DNA from: Octopus vulgaris
Lineage: Eukaryota
Assembly: GCA_951406725.2 (NCBI GenBank)
Contig: OX597823.1
Location: forward strand, 97,836,001-97,900,000
DNA length: 64,000 bases
Reading direction: 5' to 3'
Within the stretch, counting starts at the first letter, position 1. Every line of letters begins with the position of its first letter. Both the position numbers and the translations under genes were made by a program. This document shows positions 21,901 through 32,966 of this stretch, piece after piece. The notes under the pieces were generated by a model that was not told where the DNA came from, did no database searches, and saw only the letters and a list, made by a program, of their open reading frames with translations.

Positions 21901-23073
21901 GCTTGACAGCTATGTGGCCTTGGGTTCAGTCTCAATGCACATTAGTGCGTCAAGCTGACCAAAGCCTTGTGAGTGGATTTGGTAGATGGTAGTTGAAAGA
22001 AGCTCATTACATATGTATGTGTGTGTGTGTGTGTGTTTTTGTATGTCTCCCACCACAATTTAACAATTGATGCTGATTTGATTACATCCCTGTGACTTAG
22101 CAGTTCAGCCAGAGAGACCAATAGAGTAAGTCATCATCATCATCATTTAACGTCCGTTTTCCATGCTAGCATGGGTTGGATGGTTCGACCGGGGTCTGGT
22201 AAGCCATGGAGGCTGCACCAGGCTCCAGTCTGGTTTGGCAGTGGATGCCCTTCCTAACGCCAACCACTCCGTGAGTGTAGTGGGTGTCTTTTACATGCCA
22301 CCAGCACAGGGGCCAGAGCAGGCTGGCAAACAGCCACAATCGGTTGGTGCTTTTACGTGCCACTGACACGGACGCCAGTCAGGCGGCGCTGGCATCTGCT
22401 ACATTTGGATGGTGCTTTTTACATGTCACCAGCACAGGTGTCTTAACTACAATTTCCATTTGAATTTTTATTTTGATATTGATGTACTTGACTCAACAGG
22501 TCTCCTCAAGAACAGCGGGTCACTCTACGATCCATGTATGAGGCTTAAAAAATAAGTACTGGAGTCAGTTTGTTTGATTAACCTCATTGGTGCCCCAGTA
22601 TGACTCCAGTCCCAGAGTCTCTGTGTATGTATGCAGAAGTTCTCTGTTTCTCAACTGTGTGGCTTGGGGTCCAGTCCCACTTCTAGGCACCTTAAGCATG
22701 TGTCTTCTACTTGTGCCTTAGACTGACCAATTTTAATGATGTGATTGCTTAGTTTTAGAATGACGGTGCAGGGTAGGTGTGAGAGGCTGGATCTGGCTTG
22801 TTTGAACATAAAACATGTAGAATAACAGGGTTGGATATAGCCAATTAAAGTATTAAATTTATGCTAAAACTAAACAATTGAGTGACAGAAAGATATGTTA
22901 ACAATATGGTGTTGATGTTCACAACAATAATGTTGTTTCTTTTTCTTCTCCTTAGGCGTCTGGATTACTTTGTCATTTCTAAGAGACTGGTAGATAATCT
23001 CACTGATAGTTTGATTCACAAGGATGAAATGGGGAGTGACCATTGCCCAATTGTTTTGCTCATGAACATGTAA
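9891..23073 (+). CDS. APEX1: DNA-(apurinic/apyrimidinic site) endonuclease 1, 8 exons, 293 aa
   Basis: join(9891-9914,13301-13342,14808-14906,16266-16464,19046-19117,20914-21060,21657-21837,22956-23073) = 882 nt; all introns GT-AG and in phase; ExoIII/APE1 motifs [53 protein letters not shown]. Confidence 0.93.
11469..12258. mobile_element. Foldback MITE with ~383 bp arms and 8 bp TSD (Merlin/hAT-like), in APEX1 intron 1
   Basis: 11471-11853 is the near-perfect reverse complement of 11874-12256; AGGGAGAT at 11461-11468 and 12259-12266. Confidence 0.9.
12589..12986 (+). mobile_element. Non-autonomous Helitron
   Basis: 5' CTTTATATA...AAAGCTGAAGTTG and 3' CCCGACCAACACCAGGTGATACTGCTAG|T, matching the ends of 8472-8866; different interior. 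Confidence 0.8.
13301..13342 (+). CDS. APEX1: APEX1 exon 2 ([14 protein letters not shown])
   Basis: Strong polypyrimidine tract + CAG acceptor; GTAAGT donor; 42 nt, phase 0/0. Confidence 0.8.
14808..14906 (+). CDS. APEX1: APEX1 exon 3
   Basis: DAEKQ...[17 protein letters not shown]; AG acceptor, GTGAGT donor. Confidence 0.92.
14941..15304 (-). mobile_element. Non-autonomous Helitron
   Basis: Minus strand: A|TCTCTCTATATATAAA start; 3' terminal hairpin ending in CTAG|T. Confidence 0.8.
15520..16150 (+). mobile_element. Degenerate tRNA-derived SINE copies
   Basis: GTGGTTAAGAAG...GGTTCAATCCCACTG tRNA-like heads, also seen at ~21865, 61345 and 63210. Confidence 0.6.
16266..16464 (+). CDS. APEX1: APEX1 exon 4
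   Basis: [22 protein letters not shown]...[20 protein letters not shown]; TAG acceptor, GTAAAG donor. Confidence 0.95.
16680..17960 (+). mobile_element. 5'-truncated RTE-clade LINE (RT C-terminus with PHD finger, 3' UTR, (GAT)n tail)
   Basis: LAKTKVL, C4HC3 finger, [11 protein letters not shown]; same family as 50690-52900. Confidence 0.85.
19046..19117 (+). CDS. APEX1: APEX1 exon 5
   Basis: [24 protein letters not shown]; CAG acceptor, GTGAGT donor; phase 1/1. Confidence 0.95.
19460..20455 (+). mobile_element. Degenerate RTE LINE 3' fragment with (GAT)n tail
   Basis: Nucleotide similarity to 52080-52700 and to other RTE tails in the window. Confidence 0.75.
20914..21060 (+). CDS. APEX1: APEX1 exon 6
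   Basis: YIPNAG...[15 protein letters not shown]; CAG acceptor, GTAAGT donor. Confidence 0.96.
21657..21837 (+). CDS. APEX1: APEX1 exon 7
   Basis: [19 protein letters not shown]...DSFRHLYP...[15 protein letters not shown]; CAG acceptor, GTAAGT donor. Confidence 0.96.
21865..22610. mobile_element. tRNA-derived SINE (+) interrupted by an RTE 3' tail (-, 22131-22534)
   Basis: SINE body stops at ...CAATAGAGTAAG and resumes at AGGCTTAAAAAATAAGTACTGG. Confidence 0.7.
22956..23073 (+). CDS. APEX1: APEX1 exon 8 (terminal)
   Basis: WRLDYFVIS...[14 protein letters not shown]; TAG acceptor. Confidence 0.96.
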
Positions 23074-23283
23074 CTTGTCAACTTATATTAGAACCTTCTA
23101 AGCATAGACTACATTCTGTAATGTATCCATATCTTTTCTGGAGGGGCATTTTGTTGGGGATTTTTTTATGTTTTTGAACTGTAACTCTCATGTAACATTC
23201 CTTTCATGGCAAAGCTCATAATGGGGGAAAAAACACATTTTCTGTATTAAATTTTCATCAGGGTTTTTTTATTTTCTTATTTC

Positions 23284-23289
23284 AATAAA
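23284..23289 (+). terminator. Putative APEX1 polyadenylation signal
   Basis: AATAAA ~210 nt after the stop, followed by GT/T-rich sequence. Confidence 0.7.
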
Positions 23290-24489
23290 GACATTTTTCA
23301 TCTCAGTGTTTGAGTTTTTATTGCTTGTTTGGTTGAATACATTCGTCACATTCATGGAATTGGTACAAATAGTAGAGAACCAGATTACATGCTTATAATG
23401 GTGAGTAAAATATTCTGCAGATAAGTGGAGGGATGAAACTTTTATTTATGTAAGACAATTTTTCACCTGACTTATGGTGAAGGTTAAATTTGCTTATATT
23501 TATAGCCAAAGTAATGTCTAACAAATTAGCTATTGTAAAAAATAAAGCCTATTTTACTAAAGAGTTTTATGTGACCTTTCTTAAATATATCTAGTTTATG
23601 CCCACTAAATTCCATGAAACTAGTTCATCACCTCTATAAATCCATACTCTTATTGTAAGAAATCTTTTGTGTAAAAAATTTGGGATAAAAATTCTTTTGA
23701 CAAACGAATCCCATCATATGCTCCACAAAGAAACATCAAATAACGTATTTGTGTTTGTTTTGTTGTTTTAGAAAAGATTTGTTTTTTTAGTGGAGAGGGA
23801 TTACCTAGAGGTATTAATTAAAATAAATTAATAAAATAATTATTCTTTACATAAATAATTATACTGATATCGGATACGCAGATTCATACGATGATACTTG
23901 TGGATACAAAAGCTTTGAGAAGAATGTGTTACAAGGAGAAACGCTTAGAAACTTGCATAAACTGTTGAACCTCACAGGCAACTATGTTATGTTTCTGATC
24001 TCTATTCCTGACAAATTTTCCTTTAAATTATTTTCCTTCTACCTTAAAATGCCCCCACTGTTATACCAAGATTCCATTTAGACAAATAAATTTTAATTCA
24101 TTTTAATATTCCGCTGGCAACTCTTGAACCAATCTAGATAAGTATTGTAAATGAGAGGCGTTTGGCAAGTTTAACAGAAACATGAAGTATTTCAACAAGT
24201 ATTTTCCACTTAGAAATTCAATAGAATACTGTTCCATCATTTGTTTGGATTTAAAAAATTTTTTTTTATGGCTTAGATAAGATTAATCTCACGATGCTGA
24301 AGCCCATGAGAGAAATGACTAAGAATCAAAGACTTTATTGGAGACGACCTGCTCCAACTTATGCAAACATGAAAAATATGAGGGACATAGAAACGACGGT
24401 GGTGGCGGTGTGAAAGTGGTGATGATGATAATATGAAGTTTAATAGTTCGAAATAGATCCGCATTGCCCGTTGTCTTCCTACAATATAA

Positions 24490-25485
24490 TTTTGCAACAT
24501 TACCGCTTGATTGTTTTAAAATTATCTCCCTTTTTTAAGCAGTACAAATTACCGCTAGGTTTTTGTTTTCTTTTTCCAACTAAAATAAACACTTCCATTA
24601 AGAAATTTTTTTTTGCATGGCATTAAATCACCGTCCTTTAATACTCCCAAATCATGACATCTGAGTTATTTCCCTTCGCTCATTTTAACTTAGGAGATCT
24701 GCATTTGGAAATGAAGATATGCAGACCGATAGATGAATGATGGATAGATGGATGGATGGACGTGTGCCCGCGTGCAGCCGAGAGAACTAATAAATCAGTT
24801 CTCGAACATAAAAACTTTATAGTAATCATTAAACCCCAGTTTCACAATTATTTCTAAGTCATTCTCTCCATTTGAAATGCAGTAAAATAATTACTGATCC
24901 GTTAAATACTACTAACGATGATATAGTTCGCGAAACGCATGCTAAAATATTTTACTGGTGTCTATAGATGGTAAATATATTCGTTTAACCAAGTTATGTA
25001 GAATAAATGCCAAAGTATAATTACTTAAATCACTTAGGTGTGTATTTAAGAGAGCCACCCGGAACTTTCATTAGCAGATAATACTTGATAGGACACCCTT
25101 AGTCCACATTCGTTAATGTTATTTTCATGTAGATGGAAGTCCTGTACCTTATATCTTAAAAACGTAAGCTTAAAATATATCATTATGTCTGCAGCGAACA
25201 AACGAAATGTTTTGTGATATTGCCTTTTTTTTTTTCTTTAATTGTATTATGTTTCTCTGGTAAAAAAAAAATAAAAAAGAGTTTGAAAGAAAAACAAAAA
25301 TCTATATCCTTGGGCAATCCTTTGATATTGGTACACGGCGTCATTCACTCACAAAACCTTCCCTCATGACATAAAGAGACTAAGCTGGAAAACTGTCAAT
25401 GATGTCGCCTCACACCGACACTCTCTATTTGTTTGTTTGTAAATATGGCGGAGAACAAATTGCTAAAAATTGTTAGTAAATTCAC
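24490..25485 (+). pseudogene. Partial tandem duplicate of the APEX1 5' region (upstream, promoter, exon 1, start of intron 1)
   Basis: Collinear similarity to 7360-10365; exon-1 copy ATGTCTGCAGCGAACAAACGAAAT at 25185-25208; no further APEX exons found downstream. Confidence 0.85.
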
Positions 25486-25497
25486 AATTTGGTAATT

Positions 25498-25866
25498 CAT
25501 TTCTTTACTACCCACAAGGGGCTATACACAAAGGGATTAAGTCGATTATATCGACTCCAGTGCGTAACTGGTAATTATTTAATCAACCCCGAAAGGCAAA
25601 GTCGACCTCAGCGGAATTTGAACTCAGAACGTAGCGGCAGGCGAAATACCTATTTCTTTACTAAACACATAGGGGACAGACAAACGGATTAAGTCGATTA
25701 CATCGACCCCAGTGCGTAACTGGTACTTAATTTATCGACCCCGAAAGGATGAAAGGCAAAGTCGACTTCGGCGGAATTTGAACTCAGAACGTAACGGCAG
25801 ACGAAATACGGCTACGCATTTCGTCCGGCGTGCTAACGTTTCTGCCAGCTCGCCGCCTTTTTTTAG
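25498..25866 (-). mobile_element. Dimeric SINE with 12 bp TSD
   Basis: AATTTGGTAATT at 25486-25497 and 25867-25878; same family as 7490-7722. Confidence 0.85.
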
Positions 25867-26192
25867 AATTTGGTAATTGTTCTGTTTACGGGCGTAAAAA
25901 AAAACTTAATAAAATTTAAGAGGGAGATAACTCATAAAAGAAGCAAAGGGAAGTAAGTCATTTTATTTTTAATCATATTGCTTAAGCAGCTGATACAGCA
26001 TCTAAAGAGTGAACAAATATTTTATTCTTCTCCACTGAATGACACCATATAAATTCGTGCAAATGCGAAACGAACAAAGCCTCTGAAGTGCCGAATTGAC
26101 GGCGTGACTTGCGCTTAACACGCATCCATATATTTCCGATATTTTCTTCATGTACACTCACCTCGCAAGTGTATGCGCCACCATTTAAAATT

Positions 26193-26630
26193 CGGATCTT
26201 TTCACTTTGACCGGCAAATTTTTAAAATAATTTCTTTGTAACTAAACACTTTTAAACTTCGTATACTGGTAGAATGTGTCATATAAAACATCTTTTTCTC
26301 TTGGCTTTCTTGAGAAGATTCTGTAGTTTGTAAGCTATTTGTCGTTAAATTTCTTGCATTTCGGCGATTTCAACCAATCGATGATGTCTATTGAGGTGAA
26401 TACAATTTCTGCTGTTGTTTATCAACAACTTCCTGCGGTCTCTATTTAGTTTGTCACTGTTATTTATGACATATTTCATATCAGTCACGTTCGTATGAAT
26501 AAAAGATTGTGGGGTTAGAGTTAGGGGTGGAGGTGGGTTTCTTTTTTCTTCAGAAAAGTAAATAAACCCACGTGGGTTTATAAGTGACAGCTACACAGCC
26601 GGAAGTTTTTTGACAGTAAGATATACGACA
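26193..26630. mobile_element. Single arm of a MITE related to 11469-12258
   Basis: GGATCTTTTC...TTTTAAACTTCGTATACTGGTAGAATGTGT shared. Confidence 0.75.
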
Positions 26631-26639
26631 TCAGAGTTT

Positions 26640-27065
26640 GTACCTGATCCCAAAGTTTTAAGGACATCATCAATGTGGCATAAGAGCTGTGTTAGACCGT
26701 CCCTGCTGCAGTGAAAGCCATGCTGGTTTGAATTTAGGAGATTCTGGGTCTCCAGGAAGCCAGCTATCCTTCATCTCACCACCTTTTCAAACACTTTAAT
26801 GATATGGGAGATGAGTCAGATTGGGCAATAGTTGACTGCAAGGGATCTGTTTCCCTGTTTGAAAACCAGGATAAGAGCTGTTTCAGTATATAACCTGAGT
26901 CTAAAGAATTTATCCAGAGGTTGGTCTGAGGGACTGCAAGTAGGTGTCTACATTCCTTCTGGAGACTAGTGGGGGAATTATTAGGGCCTAGAGCAGAATA
27001 ATATTTGATATCACTTATTGCTGCTATGATGTCTGAAGCGTTAAAGGTTATGTCCGAGGTGGATC
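26640..27065 (-). mobile_element. CR1/L2-group LINE RT fragment
   Basis: Minus strand reads VFKQGNRSLAVNYCPI.LISHIIKVFEKVV...LLNSNQHGF...LTQLL. Confidence 0.7.
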
Positions 27066-27089
27066 AAACTTATGATAAACAATCCCCTT

Positions 27090-27780
27090 GTAGTCGAATA
27101 AAACGGTCAACCTTCCCTTTACTTCGACTCATTCGTGCTTTCTTTGGTTTTGGAGGGGGTGGGGTCTTCCACTGCGAAACTGAGCCTTTGTTTTGGGGTC
27201 ATAGCCATAGACCCACAATTCATCACCCATTGACTGTTTTCGTCGTTCTCAACGCAATCAATATCTTGTGCGACTGAAATTCGAGTGTCTTTTTGGTCAG
27301 CTGAAAGCAATTTTGGCACAAAATTTGCAGACATGCGTCGCATATCCAAATCTCCAGAGATAATGGACTGAACTGATCTGTATCTAAGTTGCACATTTTC
27401 TGATAACTCATGGATGGGGATTCAACAATTTTCCCTCAGCTGCACGAACATCTGTGATGTTTTTTCTCGGTTCTACTGGTTGCAGGTCTCCCAGAACGTT
27501 TTCATTGCTATCAATATTTTTTCAGCCATCTTGGAAACCTCTGAACCACTCATACACTTAGTGTGTGGTTCATACACTCCTCTTTATATACTTTCTGCAA
27601 CTTTGCGTTGACCTCTGAGCAGGTATTGCCAAGCTTTTGGCAAAATTTGATGCAGATTCTCTGCTCAACTTTCTCTGTCATGGTCAATGCAATGATCACA
27701 TGCTACACACATCCCTTCCAAGCACTGTTGTAAACAGTCGAAGTGAGCTAGAATGTTAAAAATTGGTACACGTGCACAGC
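27090..27780 (-). mobile_element. Mariner transposase N-terminal remnant
   Basis: SVQSIISGDLDMRRMSANFVPKLLSADQKDTR (WVPxxL motif) and WVYGYDPKTK; frameshifted. Confidence 0.8.
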
Positions 27781-27894
27781 AGAGTTCAAAGTCAATCTGT
27801 GCCAAGTGGCTTCACTCTGCCTGCCTTAGCTTCATTACTATGGCAACAGCCCAGATATTTATTAATCACACCACGTATATGTGTGTGTGTGTAT

Positions 27895-27951
<57 letters not shown>

Positions 27952-28329
27952 ATAAAAAAAAGAGCAGTAATTGTTACAACAAAATGAAGCAGTTATGTAG
28001 ACAGGTATGTTGGGACCTACCTTTTGGAAACTGTTTATCATTACTAATACACTTTAGGCTCAATGGCTGTAAGGTTATGGAGATGGGCTATGGACCACTT
28101 TGTCTTGAGTGCAAATCATCTTTTAACTAGGTTTTCAATGACTTAGTCAGAAGAGTAGTGACAGCATCTCTGAGACTGATAAGTGGAGATGATCCCTAGA
28201 GCAGAAACCTAAACTGAATGCTTACAAGAGTGGACTCAGCTAAAGGCACCCAAGTGCCAAGTTGGAGGAAATGGGTGAGATGGCAGCGGTGGTGCAGTGT
28301 CACCGCCATTGCTGCTGCTGCTTGTTTGT

Positions 28330-28688
28330 TTGTTTGTTTCTTGGGCGAAGCTGTCTTCGTCTCATTAGTGGGAGAAGTCCGAAATGTGGTCCTTTGCAAT
28401 TCGTAAGACCCGCAGAAGAGAAAGCAGGTCAACCCCTGACACCGAGAGCATCGACAGATGGATGAATGTGCATCCAGGTTCAGCGGTTGCATAGGAAGTT
28501 GGGGACAAGAAGCAGGAAGAAAGAGTGAGAGAAAGTTGAAGCGAAAGAGTACAACAGGAGTCGCCACCACCCCCTGCCGGAGCTTCGTGGAGCTTTAGGT
28601 GTTTTCGCTCAATAAACACACACAACGTGCGGTCTGGGAATCGAAACCGCGAGTCCGCTGCCCTAACCACTGGGCCATTGCGCCTCCA
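28330..28688 (-). mobile_element. tRNA-headed SINE (second family)
   Basis: GGAGGCGCAATGGCCCAGTGGTTAGGGCAGCGGACTCG...GGTTTCGATTCC A/B boxes; related copy at 62605-62938. Confidence 0.7.
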
Positions 28689-29409
28689 CTTGGTTGTTGC
28701 TGCTGTTGTTGTTAAACCAGAAAATAAGTTAAATCTACCAACCAAGGTCATGAACCATCCCTCTGACAGGCTATCACACAGTTTCTGTTTACCAAATTTA
28801 AATTGCAGGATTACAGTAGAAAACACTTGTCTAAGGCACTGCACAATCAGATAAAACCTGAAACCATTTAGCTATAAAGCCAAATTCTTACACAGCAGCC
28901 ATACATGCACTTTTTTTCTAACTGAACTAGAAAAGTGGACTTGTATTCATATTTCACAGTTAAGTGGATCTGAATTGCACAGATTCCTTCAGTTCTTCTA
29001 AGCATGAAAATCCTAGATACTCAGCAAGAAGTCTTTTCCTGTAGTTTTTTTCACATTGTTTCTATTTTACAGAATACTCAGATGCCATATTCATAAGTTT
29101 ATGTACAGGCGTGTGCGGACGCACCCACACACACAAAGAGGAAGAGAGGAAAGAAGCAGAGGTACAATGAATAGCTTATAACCATATGAACAACACATCA
29201 CAGTTTACATAAAACTGCTGGAACAACTTGCATATTTGTGCTACTTTGATAACTGTTGATACTCTAACATGCCAACTTCACAAGGAATTAACCTATTTGG
29301 TCTTCTGAAAAATAGGTTAGGGTTAAAACATTTTTTATTACTAGCTGAAATATTAATTCACCATAACTTGGGGTTTCGTGTTACCAATACTCACACAGCA
29401 AGATTCATA

Positions 29410-29475
<66 letters not shown>

Positions 29476-29499
29476 TATATACATACGTATACGATATAC

Positions 29500-30235
29500 T
29501 TACATATATACATATATATGTAAGTGAGCACGGGATATCACAAAATGTAAACAACAAAAAGTGAAGTACGATGACGTGGAATATGAACTTTTTTTGCGAA
29601 CAATGAAAGAAACAAATGGAAAACAAGACAAACAACAAAAAGAACGACCCTTCATCAGTTGTCGGTTGTTTTTCTAATCCGTATTTCGAGCAATTCACAA
29701 AAAGATATGCCTTCGGTAAAACAGTTGCTCTCGCAAAGCAAATTAAATAAAATTTGGGATTTTTCAGAGGGTCAAAATTGGAGACAAAAACAGGACAGTG
29801 AAAACAAACAGGAAGGGCTGCTAAGCCCAAATGAGGCTGTGGTGGCGAACGCGAAGAAAGAAGATTGGATAGGAGACAGATAAGAATACGTCTTCTTTGT
29901 CCAGCTGTAACAGGAAGAAAGAATGAAACACAGTTAGGAGAAAAAAGAAAAATGGTCAATGGTCATGTGGGAGCCACGTGAGCAAAGGAGGAAGAGTGAG
30001 GGGGAGAGAGTGACAGACAAAGAAATGTAAAGGGGAGAGGAAAAGATTTGGAGATAGGTTAAGAGAGAAAAAAGAGAGGGAGAAGGGGAGGTAAAAGAAT
30101 AAGAGAAAGGAAGAGAGAAAACGAAAGAGTAAAAAGATAGAATAGTGGGAGAAGAGGAGGTAAAACAATAAGAGAAAGGAAGGGAGAAAACGAAAGAGTA
30201 AAAGGATAGAATAATGGTGTTTCTGTATGCTTTGT
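29500..30235 (-). mobile_element. Probable Penelope-derived non-coding repeat with decayed hammerhead motif
   Basis: Microsatellite-flanked; minus strand has TGTTTTA-CCGAAG-GCA...TGCTC-GAAA...GAAAAACA and a second CTGATGA. Confidence 0.4.
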
Positions 30236-30509
30236 GTAATATGTGCGTGATTTGTTAGCGTATGTGATTGTTGAAATCACTGGGGTCGTTGTGGTTGTAA
30301 TTCTGGTGGTGAGAATGGTGTGTGTGTGAGTGTATAGGTGTGCATACATATGCACACCTATACACTCACATGATCTGCCGACTTCAACATACGACAGTTT
30401 TGTCACTGAAGATTTTACACTTGATTATTTGCTTCTGTTAACGTTGTCAATGACAAAGCCATGTGTTTGTGTGTGAGTATATATGACAAAGACATGTGTT
30501 TGTGTGTGA

Positions 30510-30552
<43 letters not shown>

Positions 30553-30943
30553 TGTAAGATACCGCACGAGTGAAAATATATATGAAAGAAGGTTTGAAAA
30601 TGCAATTTTAAAGATGTTTATTCACTTGACCGATTTCACTTTTTAGAAAAAGATTGTCAATAGTAAAATGTAAAGCTTTGTATAAGCTTTGTTGTGTTAA
30701 GTACTGGTTGTCACAAAAATATTGAAATACATATATACATTCTTTGATAATAATAATAAGAAAACGTTAAAAACAGTTTGCAAAAAAGTATTTAAGAAAA
30801 TATTCAACAAAAAGTATTAGAAGTTCAATAAAAACCATGTTTGTTTGGTAGTATATATATACATACACAGAAGGAAATATATTTAAGAACTGACAACAAA
30901 TTAGAGAGGAACCAACCTGTCTTTTGGGCATTTTTTCTGTCTT

Positions 30944-31597
30944 TGGTAAGGTACAGAACAATAAAACTTTTACTTCAAATATTCCAGCTAAGGATAAAAT
31001 TTTAAATTAGAAAATATTAACGTTTATTAAAACTAAAAATTTTATTACAAGTTATTGTTTCTATAATTTATTGCTTGTTATTTCTATTAAAAATTTAAAA
31101 AAACTTAATTGAAATATTTTTGCTCTTTAAAAATTTCAATTTTTTAATTATTAATCAATAATTAGAAATTTGCAAATAGGTTATAAGAAATAATGGTAAT
31201 ACATATTTTGTACAATAAACAGAATAATACAAAAATTAGTTATATATTACAGTAAAATCTACTATAACAACAAATTCACAATAAAATTTGCTTGAGTCAT
31301 TGCCTAAGTTCTTGCCAAGTCTTCACATTTTTAGTCTTTTCCCAATGCCAATTTTTTACGTAATGAATTTGCCTACCATATATACTATTCTACTTTGCAT
31401 AAAACTTTAGCTATATTGGTACTTCTGGCTCTCAATTTTTAAGTATTCTAGTGTGTCAATATTTTAACAAAATATTAGTACCTTTTCTAATTATAATGTT
31501 ACTTTGAAAATTAAAATCAAATATTTTTTTTAATATTCAAATTTTATCCTTAGCTGCAATAATCTAAGTAAAAATTTTCTTGTTCTGTACTTTACCA
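30944..31597. mobile_element. Old MITE with ~75 bp TIRs
   Basis: TGGTAAGGTACAGAACAA...CAGCTAAGGATAAAATTT is inverted at ~31520-31597. Confidence 0.7.
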
Positions 31598-32966
31598 GAT
31601 GTAATAACTTGTCCTGTACTTTTCCAGGTTAATAATCTTAAGAATATTATTTCTCTTGCTCGCATTTGTAGGTAACACTAATTGACCAGAACATTCCAGG
31701 CGAACATGGTTAACTCCTCCTTTGCTAATTTACCAGAGGCATAACTGCTAAACTGCACGCAGGAGGTCTGGTAGCACATCGCCTATTTAAGCGTGAACAC
31801 CCGTTCAAACAACTTATCTTCTCTAACTGCTTCTTCGAGACGCGACAAGGTCCACCGCGACCACGAGAGAGCCAGGCACATGAATTCGATATCTAATTTC
31901 CTACCAGTAGCTCGTCATGCTATTCTACGTCTAGTGCCTGTGGAAAGTAAATCTCGTAGCTTGATTTACTTGTATTTACTCAAAGTTATCATGGAACATG
32001 GCAAGTTGATCAAAACCTTTCTTCTTCCCAGAAATCTTTATTGAACATTGTATATTCACTGTACGCGTTCGTTTGTCACGCGTCCGAAAAAAACCGTGAA
32101 CGTGAAGTTATTCGCACAGAACGAGTGTTGTCGTTATTTATTGCACAAAGGTATTTCATGGTTATTGGATTAATGATTCAGTCCAATTATCAGTGTTGAC
32201 GTTTTTATTAGCAATTTTCCTCGCTAAACATCTTTTTTTTTTTCCATGCTATGCTATTACGCTAATAAATAATATGTCAAATGTGTCAATCAGCGGTATT
32301 GTTGATATTTTTTTCCTTACCTCAATGATGCCGGTGACATATATTAAAAGTCCTCGAGAATTATATTCATAAAAGTGTAGAACTATATTATCACCTTCAA
32401 ATTTGAGAAATAAACACTCATAACTTTTTTCTTTATAAACTTCATTGCATGAGATTGATACCATGAAATTCTTCGAATTGAATTCTATCATTGAAGCTTA
32501 ATTAAAAAATAGTTTGTTTTTAAAATAAAGAAATTAATTATACTTAGATCCAATTTTTTGCCTTACTTATACTTTTTTCATGGTATTTTACCTCATAACT
32601 TTTTTTATACAAGTTTTTGTTGCATGGGACCAAAACTATGAAATGCTTCACGCTTGCTTCTACCATTGAAGGTAAGATAAATATATTTTGCTTTTAAAAT
32701 AAAAAAGTTATTTAGATCTAAACTTGATTGGTGGTTTACTTATTCTCCTGTAACGTTGCTACAAATTTTTATGTACCAAATCTCAATTTCTTTATATGCC
32801 AAAATGTAGCTAGAGACCAGTGCTCTTCAAATATGTTAACGGTGTTCCATTTGGTTAAGAACTGAATTAGCAACTAGCTCTGAAAGATGCTGTGTGTGAG
32901 TAAATTGAGGCCTTAAGGATATTGTTATTCAACTACTACCATAGTTGCTGAAGTTACACAAGCTCA

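Noticed and set aside
28600-28690. tRNA gene (likewise ~21870, 35150, 62870, 63210)
   Set aside because: A/B-box heads continue into SINE bodies; no complete cloverleaf
29405-30406. 184 aa and 115 aa minus-strand ORFs
   Set aside because: Low-complexity, repeat-derived, no recognisable domain or splice support
30388-30458. Hammerhead at TTTGTCA-CTGAAGA...TGACAAA
   Set aside because: Stem I is present but GAAA and stem II are missing
31667-32200. Solo LTR starting TGTAGG
   Set aside because: LTR-like composition and TATA-like motif, but no matching 3' end or TSD found
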